This document shows positions 1-5,731 of a DNA stretch of 40,869 nt, one piece after another. A model generated the notes under the pieces. The model saw nothing but the letters and a program-made list of their open reading frames with translations, had not been told where the DNA came from and did no database searches. The stretch spans positions 1 to 40,869 of the IMG/VR virus record IMGVR_UViG_3300001200_000002. One strand, written 5' to 3'. Position numbers and translations under genes: made by a program. The stretch's first letter is position 1. Each line of letters opens with the position of its first letter. Source of the stretch: a virus.

Positions 1-53
1 GGGAGTTTTTTAATTTCTTTTTGAAGCCTTGTAAGTTCGTTTTCTATTTCCTC
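1..53. repeat. 53-bp direct terminal repeat, copy 1 (identical to 40817..40869)
   Basis: Bases 1-53 (gggagttttttaatttc...tatttcctc) recur exactly at 40817-40869. An ORF reads through the junction, so the molecule is circular or terminally redundant. Unique length is 40816 bp. Confidence 0.95.
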
Positions 54-734
54 ATTAGACATAGTTGTTGCAAGTTTTTGACTCTCAGTTTCTTTTTTAT
101 TCACATTCACGTTTAAAGATTTTTGATTTATATTTAAAGTCTTTGGAGCCATACCCCTAACTCTATTTTCAATCATTTGATGGATCTTAATTTTAGAGTT
201 TATAACAGTAGCGTTTGGCTGACCGTCTTTAGCGTAGTTAGACATCTGAAGAATCTCTCTAAGCTCTTGAGTAGACTGATCAAGAAGCTGACCCATTGCC
301 AAATTATAATCAGCAGGTGGGTATAAAACATAAGCCATTTTTTTACTGTTATAAACTAAAGTTTCATACAAATACTTATGATCACAAATACCTCTAGTGA
401 TTGCAGAGGTGGACATCATTCGTCCTGCATCAATAGCATCATGATACTCTCTCCAAAAAGAAATTCGTATCTGCTTATCCCTAATAGTTAGCTTATCCCC
501 AAGGGCTTTTTCAATAGCTTTTAAAGACCAGGTTTTTATATATTTTGGAACATCATCAAGTGCTTGTTTTAATTTACCACTAGCTCTGTACCAAACAGAG
601 TCCGTGTTGTCGTGATCATAAATAGTTATACAATGTTGTTTTTCAGCAGCTGTAATAGGCCTGTCTCTTCTAGTGGGGTTAAGTTGTGGCGATCCCCCAA
701 GAGCTCTTGCTGATTTAATTTTAGTATCACTCAT
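1..734 (-). CDS. putative terminase small subunit, N-terminal part (ORF continues across the circular junction to 40702)
   Basis: ATG at 734..732 follows a GGGGGA Shine-Dalgarno-like run. The frame is open to base 1 and resumes at 40816, ending at TAA 40704..40702 (about 283 codons). It ends 9 nt before the large terminase start. No motif was recognised, so the call is positional only. Confidence 0.45.
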   Translation of the reverse strand, partial: MSDTKIKSARALGGSPQLNPTRRDRPITAAEKQHCITIYDHDNTDSVWYRASGKLKQALDDVPKYIKTWSLKAIEKALGDKLTIRDKQIRISFWREYHDAIDAGRMMSTSAITRGICDHKYLYETLVYNSKKMAYVLYPPADYNLAMGQLLDQSTQELREILQMSNYAKDGQPNATVINSKIKIHQMIENRVRGMAPKTLNINQKSLNVNVNKKETESQKLATTMSNEEIENELTRLQKEIKKL

Positions 735-750
735 AATCCCCCAGTGGTGC

Positions 751-951
751 TTAGGATTTTGTTACATCAAAGTATACATACTCCGCGGCCTTTACTTCAA
801 GCTTTTCCCCACAACATGTGCAGTCATACACCTTTGTAGAGGCTAAAACCTCAAACCAGTTCTCGCTACCGGACTCTACAGTAACATTCATAGGCAGTGT
901 AGTTGTTTCTTGGCAATAAGGGCATTCTATATCTTGCTCAAAAGTTTCCAT
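751..951 (-). CDS. small zinc-ribbon-like protein (CPYC ... CTCC)
   Basis: 66-aa ORF with two Cys pairs (CxxC and CxCC). It is tightly packed between neighbouring ORFs on the same strand. Confidence 0.5.
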   Translation of the reverse strand: METFEQDIECPYCQETTTLPMNVTVESGSENWFEVLASTKVYDCTCCGEKLEVKAAEYVYFDVTKS

Positions 952-1133
952 TATACTTTAAACCTTCCTTGATCAATTTTTTTAAATGTAACTTCAGTTT
1001 GCACAGCTTCAGACTGAGTGTAAAGAGTGGTTAGAGTAACTTCATCTATAAGCTCAGAACCAAATAGTTTTCTTAGCGTTATATGAAACTCATCTAATAT
1101 TTTTTTTAATTCTTTTTTCTTTTCTTCAGTCAT
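951..1133 (-). CDS. hypothetical protein
   Basis: ORF track 951..1193. The internal ATG at 1133 overlaps the upstream XRE stop as ATGA, suggesting translational coupling. Confidence 0.45.
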   Translation of the reverse strand: MTEEKKKELKKILDEFHITLRKLFGSELIDEVTLTTLYTQSEAVQTEVTFKKIDQGRFKV

Positions 1134-1401
1134 TTTGAATATTCTTAAAATGTATAAGGGTTTTTTTAATTCGCTCCGTTTCTGCTTGAACATAGGCCTC
1201 TACGTAAAAATCAAAGTTCAATCCCAGAGCTTTACACAAAAGATAAACGTATTTTTTTGGTGGCAGGCTTACACCTCTTTCCCAATCACTTACAGCTTGG
1301 GAGCTTGCACCTATAGCCTGTGCAAGCTGTGCTTGAGAGATGCTTTTGTCATCTCTTTTTTTTAAAATTATATCTGATGCCTGCTTTGAATAAAAACCCA
1401 T
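1126..1401 (-). CDS. XRE/Cro-CI family helix-turn-helix transcriptional regulator
   Basis: ISQAQLAQAIGASSQAVSDWERG is a canonical HTH_3 signature. It is the first gene of the minus-strand operon and faces a divergent intergenic region. Confidence 0.8.
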   Translation of the reverse strand: MGFYSKQASDIILKKRDDKSISQAQLAQAIGASSQAVSDWERGVSLPPKKYVYLLCKALGLNFDFYVEAYVQAETERIKKTLIHFKNIQND

Positions 1402-1498
1402 GGGCTTTATTCTACACTAAGTAAAATTTACGTACAAGTTAAATAGCTATAAAGCATGTAAAGCTCAAATAAAAGCATTCCCGCTACTAAAAACATGG

Positions 1499-1559
1499 TC
1501 ATAATGATATAAATAGCCCACCAATTCACTTTTTACCCCCGAAAATTCTCATAATGATA
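1499..1559. promoter_or_regulatory. pair of 11-bp direct repeats TCATAATGATA (1499-1509 and 1549-1559), candidate operators
   Basis: Exact 11-mer repeated 50 bp apart in the divergent region between the XRE gene and the 1624 gene. Each contains the inverted half-sites TCAT-n-ATGA. Confidence 0.4.
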
Positions 1560-1623
1560 CGATATATGGGAATTATTTACAAATATCACTAAAGTTTTTT
1601 TACTTAGTATCCGATAGGTATAT

Positions 1624-2052
1624 ATGAGAAAAACAATACTTTTACTACTTATTTCGTTGAATGTGGCTTGTGGGTCTGAAAACTTTCCAGGTGAGAGAGT
1701 GATGGATGAGCAGTTTAACCAATTCGTTCTAGAATTTAACGAAGACTACCAAACACACTTGGGTGAAGAGCAGTTTAAAACTGTTAAAATGTATTTTGAC
1801 ACTGAGGGTGTACTTGCTGCCAATAGCCAAGCTGGTTGTGAAGCAGAATCAGGGGAAGTTATTTTTGTAAATGAAGAGTGGTGGGGATATGCATCAGACT
1901 CTTACAAAAAATCTGTTATATATCACGAACTAGGCCATTGTGTTTTAGGTTTAGAACACTCTGATAACTCTAATGACATTATGTATAGAGCCTTAAACTC
2001 TAGTTTTGTTCTAACAATGGAAAGAATAGCAAACTTATTTTTAGGTGAGTAA
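1624..2052 (+). CDS. small secreted or lipid-anchored zinc metalloprotease (metzincin/matrixin-like)
   Basis: N-terminal signal MRKTILLLLISLNVAC followed by Cys. Catalytic signature HELGHCVLGLEHS (HExxH plus third His) with a downstream DIMY Met-turn-like motif. Only 142 aa. Confidence 0.7.
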   Translation: MRKTILLLLISLNVACGSENFPGERVMDEQFNQFVLEFNEDYQTHLGEEQFKTVKMYFDTEGVLAANSQAGCEAESGEVIFVNEEWWGYASDSYKKSVIYHELGHCVLGLEHSDNSNDIMYRALNSSFVLTMERIANLFLGE

Positions 2053-2053
2053 T

Positions 2054-2239
2054 ATGTATATAACAGCTGAAGTGAGAATTGAAAATTTAAGAGAGTGCAT
2101 CGTAATGATGAGGGATGTGATTGAGGATATGAAAAAGATCCCAAGCTTTGATAAAAAGATTATTGAAGACAGCGAGAAGAAACTTCGTAAGATGGAATTT
2201 GATTTAGCGTATGAGCGTGCGCTTAATCCTGAAATTTAA
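2054..2239 (+). CDS. hypothetical protein
   Basis: ORF track 2045..2239 (GTG). The ATG at 2054 follows AGGTGAG and lies just after the upstream stop. Confidence 0.45.
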   Translation: MYITAEVRIENLRECIVMMRDVIEDMKKIPSFDKKIIEDSEKKLRKMEFDLAYERALNPEI

Positions 2240-2405
2240 CATACACACCATATCCATCAGGAGAGATAACAGCTTCAGATATTTTTTTATTGTAGTCATA
2301 GCTTGAAGAATACAATTTAAACCCTTGATCAGTCAGTGCTTTAATTTTTTTTCGCATTCTAACTATTTCTTTCTTCTCTGAAAATGTATACTTAAACGGT
2401 AACAT
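2223..2405 (-). CDS. hypothetical protein
   Basis: 60-aa ORF with AAGGAG-like sequence upstream. It converges on the 2054 gene. Confidence 0.4.
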   Translation of the reverse strand: MLPFKYTFSEKKEIVRMRKKIKALTDQGFKLYSSSYDYNKKISEAVISPDGYGVYVKFQD

Positions 2406-2437
2406 GAAACTCCTTTAAAGTGCCGTCTTTCCGGCTG

Positions 2438-2632
2438 TCACTCTTCTAGCTGCTCTTTAGTCATTTGAAGATCATCTAGGATCTGTTTTTGTCTAAATTT
2501 ATAATCATCAATATGTTTATGAAGCGGGTATTTATTCACACCGACTGTTTGCTTTCCGTTTTTACAAACTGCCAAAAGAGTTGCCTCTTCAATCTTACCC
2601 TTAAGAAAAAAATACTCTTCATTCAACGTCAT
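2438..2632 (-). CDS. hypothetical protein
   Basis: 64-aa ORF preceded by AAAGGAGAGAAG. Confidence 0.5.
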   Translation of the reverse strand: MTLNEEYFFLKGKIEEATLLAVCKNGKQTVGVNKYPLHKHIDDYKFRQKQILDDLQMTKEQLEE

Positions 2633-2644
2633 CTTCTCTCCTTT

Positions 2645-2820
2645 AAAAATACCCCAGGCACCTCGCTACTGGTGCGCCTCAATTAGGTAGCTGACTGAAT
2701 AGCGCCATATATGAGGTTCAGTCATGTGTTCTAGTGGGCGCTTCACGCCTGTCTAAGTTTGTTGCCAAACTCGCATTTTTCATTGCGCTACGGATGCCAC
2801 AGCTTCCACACCTCTGGGGT
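2645..2820 (-). ncRNA. candidate structured RNA (about 170 nt, GC-rich island, unknown class)
   Basis: No ORF. Visibly more GC-rich than the flanks. Closing helix ACCCCAG (2814-2820 rc) with CTGGGGT (2651-2657 rc), followed on the minus strand by ATTTTT. Internal hairpins: 8-bp TGACTGAA/TTCAGTCA (2692-2699/2717-2724), GTTTG-GCAA-CAAAC GNRA-type loop (2757-2770), GGCG/CGCC, and GCACC/GGTGC (2658-2675). Confidence 0.4.
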
Positions 2821-2827
2821 ATAGCTA

Positions 2828-3040
2828 TTATTTAATGTGTGCTCTTACTATGCAGTCTTTTGCTTCAAGTAATTTTCTCATACCTGCAGTAGCTTCAGCA
2901 ATATCTAATATTATCTGAGCTTTCCAGTCATTATTTATTTTGTGTGCCATATCGTAAAACTGCTTTGAGACACCTTGTAAATGCTCTGGCAAGTGGCTGT
3001 ATTCAAAAAACTTTATTAGTTTTATATCATGTGGTTCCAT
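2828..3040 (-). CDS. small conserved-looking phage protein, possible Acb2/Vs.4-like nucleotide sponge (unverified)
   Basis: 70 aa with FEYSHLPEHLQGVSKQF ... MRKLLEAKDCIVRA. From memory this pattern matches a widespread small phage protein family. No search was possible. Confidence 0.3.
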   Translation of the reverse strand: MEPHDIKLIKFFEYSHLPEHLQGVSKQFYDMAHKINNDWKAQIILDIAEATAGMRKLLEAKDCIVRAHIK

Positions 3041-3261
3041 TATTTCTTTAACTCCTCGTTAAGTTCTTCATCATCTATATAAATAGAATCATTATAATCA
3101 TCATACTTTTCACTAGGTATTTCATATTCAACATCAGGCCAAAGCTCTGGCGGTAACACTGTGGCCCTTTCAATATCAGCTTTATATGTGGTGCAACCTT
3201 GATGCAGTGAAAAAACACTAAGTGCGAAAGCTGACCAAAAAAGTTTAATGTCTAAATTCAT
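3040..3261 (-). CDS. putative lipoprotein or secreted acidic protein
   Basis: ATG at 3261 follows GGAG. N-terminus MNLDIKLFWSAFALSVFSLHQGC is a hydrophobic signal ending in Cys with a degenerate lipobox. Acidic C-terminus. Confidence 0.5.
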   Translation of the reverse strand: MNLDIKLFWSAFALSVFSLHQGCTTYKADIERATVLPPELWPDVEYEIPSEKYDDYNDSIYIDDEELNEELKK

Positions 3262-3386
3262 CCAAACACTCCACACCTTAAACACCTAAGTTTGATCTCT
3301 ACCAATTCACCATGCCTGCACTTTTCAATAAGCTGCTCTTTGGTTCCATTAAGAATAAAATTGTGTCCCCAAAAGTAACAAATCAT
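3258..3386 (-). CDS. small Cys-containing ORF (42 aa)
   Basis: Not in the ORF track because it is under 60 aa. It fills the gap between two genes exactly, and its TGA overlaps the next ATG as ATGA. The RBS is weak. Confidence 0.3.
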   Translation of the reverse strand: MICYFWGHNFILNGTKEQLIEKCRHGELVEIKLRCLRCGVFG

Positions 3387-3394
3387 TTTAGCTA

Positions 3395-3706
3395 TCACGA
3401 TACGTCACCGCTATCTATTGTGTTTGGTGGTTCTTCATTGTCTCGCCATTTTTGTAAAACTTTATCAGCTAATGGGTATTCTCGTTTAGCAATTATTCTT
3501 AAAGCCTCAACAAGCTCCTTAACATGTGGGTTTTTGAGTAAAACTTCAGGAGGTATTTCTTGAATTAAACTAGAATTTTTAAAATTGTCCCATTCAATTA
3601 AATATTTTTCTGTAAATTCATGAGCGCTGCTTGCAAAAGTTAAGTACTCTTTAGCATCTTCAAATGTTTTAGATGCTGTGAATGTTATTACGCCCTTTTT
3701 ACTCAT
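3395..3706 (-). CDS. hypothetical protein
   Basis: 103-aa ORF whose start overlaps the upstream small ORF stop (ATGA). Confidence 0.55.
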   Translation of the reverse strand: MSKKGVITFTASKTFEDAKEYLTFASSAHEFTEKYLIEWDNFKNSSLIQEIPPEVLLKNPHVKELVEALRIIAKREYPLADKVLQKWRDNEEPPNTIDSGDVS

Positions 3707-3813
3707 ACAAAATACCTATCCCACATCCAAAATAAACCGTGGATCGCTAACTGAAACATTGCTGTGAAAATCATTGTAAGTGCTATAGACGAAAGTAAGA
3801 GCAAAAACTCCAA
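3703..3813 (-). CDS. small hydrophobic peptide (36 aa, one predicted TM)
   Basis: TTG start 5 nt after AGGAG. Sequence (M)EFLLLLSSIALTMIFTAMFQLAIHGLFWMWDRYFV. Its stop overlaps the next start as ATGA. Confidence 0.35.
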   Translation of the reverse strand: MEFLLLLSSIALTMIFTAMFQLAIHGLFWMWDRYFV

Positions 3814-4013
3814 AATAACTCCTTTGATGTACCTAAATGCAAAGTAAGCCCGGGAGCAAAAAAGGTCAATTCTTTTTGGAGAGCTCTAAAATACAGCATT
3901 CTTTGTTCGCAATATGAGAATCATTTAAATGCGGTGTGGCAAAGAATTTATGGGGTTTTTTGGTTTTTGAGCGGATCTTAGGTCGCGTAGATTTCATCTG
4001 GGCCGGGGGAGGC

Positions 4014-4089
4014 TTTTTTTTAAAAAAATTTTTTAAGAATCTCGGGGCTGGGGACATTCAAACTCGAACCTCCGAGACCCCCACCCCCC
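4014..4089. other. T8-A7-T6 tract followed by a G/C-run hairpin in a 620-bp non-coding region
   Basis: T8 (4014-4021), A7 (4022-4028), T6 (4029-4034). GGGGCTGGGG (4044-4053) pairs with CCCCACCCC within 4078-4089 (9 of 10 bp). This encloses an inner CTCG/CGAG hairpin (4063-4076). Confidence 0.5.
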
Positions 4090-4439
4090 TATTAATATTT
4101 TTTCCTACAGCCGATTCAGCCTGCCTTATAAGCGATCATGACGCGCGGCTCATCTGTGTCCTAGGCGTAGTAGGGCGCGAATGTAACATAATGTAACTTA
4201 TCAGAACTTTTTCTAGATCCAGAAATCAAGGAGAGCTTTAGGAAACTCGGAATTTTTCGGGGCATTTTACATGTTCTTAAATGCAACTGTAATATAGCAT
4301 ACTTATTAAGCAATGTGTATTTATAATATTATGTTACGGTATTATGCTTAAAAACCTTGCATTATTCAGGACTATAGGCTAAAGTTTACCGAGAGGCTTC
4401 CGATAAGATTAATGGTTACACAAACAAAAGAGGTACGAA

Positions 4440-4652
4440 ATGAATATAAAAGAAGAAAAAAGAAAGCTGATAGAAAGTTACATTCTTGAAACTACTAATG
4501 TGAAAAAGACACTTGGTCAGCCAGAATGCTCAGCTCATCTGAAGCAAGCTGTTAGAATAGACAACAAGTTTAAACAAATGTTTGGGCAAGACATAGGACG
4601 CTTCTACACGCTCATACTGAGGCTTCAGGACAAATCACACATCTACCAGTAG
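4440..4652 (+). CDS. hypothetical protein
   Basis: 70-aa ORF preceded by AAGAGG. First gene of a short plus-strand cluster. Confidence 0.5.
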   Translation: MNIKEEKRKLIESYILETTNVKKTLGQPECSAHLKQAVRIDNKFKQMFGQDIGRFYTLILRLQDKSHIYQ

Positions 4653-4705
4653 AAATCAGCTCATAGGCCGTTTAAATCGCTCATAACTAACAAAAAAGGA
4701 CACAT

Positions 4706-4927
4706 ATGAAACTAATACTAAGCTTACTAACAATAATGATGCTCACTAATTGCACAACTCTTAATCCAAATGGAGTAGCAGCACTTAACAACTGGATCCA
4801 ACAAGACCAATACCAAAAGAATCAAAGACAAGACTTGATCAATCAGTCAACAAGGCTTCCTGGTCAGAACACTCAAAGACAAAAGATCCAAGTCATCCAC
4901 CAAAACACAAATCCATGGAGTAGATAA
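4706..4927 (+). CDS. putative lipoprotein or secreted Q/N-rich protein
   Basis: MKLILSLLTIMMLTNC signal ending in Cys (degenerate lipobox). AAAGGA upstream. Confidence 0.5.
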   Translation: MKLILSLLTIMMLTNCTTLNPNGVAALNNWIQQDQYQKNQRQDLINQSTRLPGQNTQRQKIQVIHQNTNPWSR

Positions 4928-5238
4928 TGGGATTATTCGACGAAGAAAAAGAAGAACCACAAGCTGTAAGAACTGCAAAAGTGGAAGCAAAGAAAAACTC
5001 TGAGCTGACTAAAGCAAAAGACATCATGAAATCTATGTTTGCTACTTTTGAATTCAAAACTCAGCTCAATGCCAACAAAAAAAGATACTATCCAGTGAAC
5101 CAAGCGGCCCATGATATCTGCACTTTGATTAAGCAAAAAACAGTCACACCAAAAGACATTGAGAACCTAAAAACACTGTTGAAAACTCTTAATATTGAGC
5201 CAAAAATAAGGGCAATTCAAGCAGAAGAAGAGTTGTAA
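4927..5238 (+). CDS. hypothetical protein
   Basis: 103-aa ORF whose ATG overlaps the upstream stop (TAATG). Confidence 0.5.
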   Translation: MGLFDEEKEEPQAVRTAKVEAKKNSELTKAKDIMKSMFATFEFKTQLNANKKRYYPVNQAAHDICTLIKQKTVTPKDIENLKTLLKTLNIEPKIRAIQAEEEL

Positions 5239-5343
5239 AATCATAAAAATTATATGAGTTTTCCACATCAATTATCTCATTAATTAAGCAGTTTTTTGCA
5301 CACACATTAAGCTGCTATTTTTTAGGCAATTTCACCAGTCTCA

Positions 5344-5731
5344 GTCCCAAAAAAACAAATCCTGTCCCTTGTCCCAATTGATTTCCCTATTTAATATATA
5401 TATTTTTAATTTTATATTTTCTTATTTTCTTTATACTTACTTACTCACTTTTTTCAATTATATTAATTAATTATAAATATAATTGGGACAATGGGACAAG
5501 AAAACCTAAACACCTAAAATAATTAAACAAATCCTGTCCCAATCTTCCTAAAACAATTGGGACTGTCCCAATTCTCTTTGGGACAGGGTATAGTTTTTAA
5601 GCATTGACGCAAACCTTTAGCCGAAGTGCGTTATTCCTTCAATGACGTATTTTCGGGCACCGTTGAACCTTGCTCTAGTTTTACGCACTTCTTTTGTCCC
5701 TGTCCCAATCTTGCGACCCGACAATTGGGAC
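5344..5731. other. predicted origin of replication: iteron cluster flanking an AT-rich unwinding tract
   Basis: 12 copies of the GTCCCA/TGGGAC core in both orientations. The 15-mer AACAAATCCTGTCCC occurs twice (5354, 5526). Perfect palindrome AATTGGGAC-t-GTCCCAATT at 5555-5573. The repeats bracket 5390-5483, which has almost no G or C. The region abuts and enters the 3' end of the primase-helicase gene. Confidence 0.65.

Noticed and set aside
4040-4100. Possible tRNA or tRNA fragment (attP-like) because the minus strand reads GGAGGTTCGAGT, resembling a T-stem/T-loop
   Set aside because: The bases following the TTCGAGT loop (TTGAA) cannot pair with GGAGG. No acceptor, D or anticodon arms can be drawn, and no integrase is present.
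3866-4196. Track ORFs 3866..4057 (-) and 3936..4196 (+)
   Set aside because: Their translations are dominated by homopolymer-derived runs (FFKKKPPP, GGGFFLKKFFK). They overlap each other on opposite strands and have no RBS. The region is treated as non-coding.
5344-5731. CRISPR-like array, because of many short repeats
   Set aside because: The repeats are only 9-15 bp, occur in both orientations at irregular spacing, and have no spacer-sized unique units or cas genes. The pattern fits iterons.
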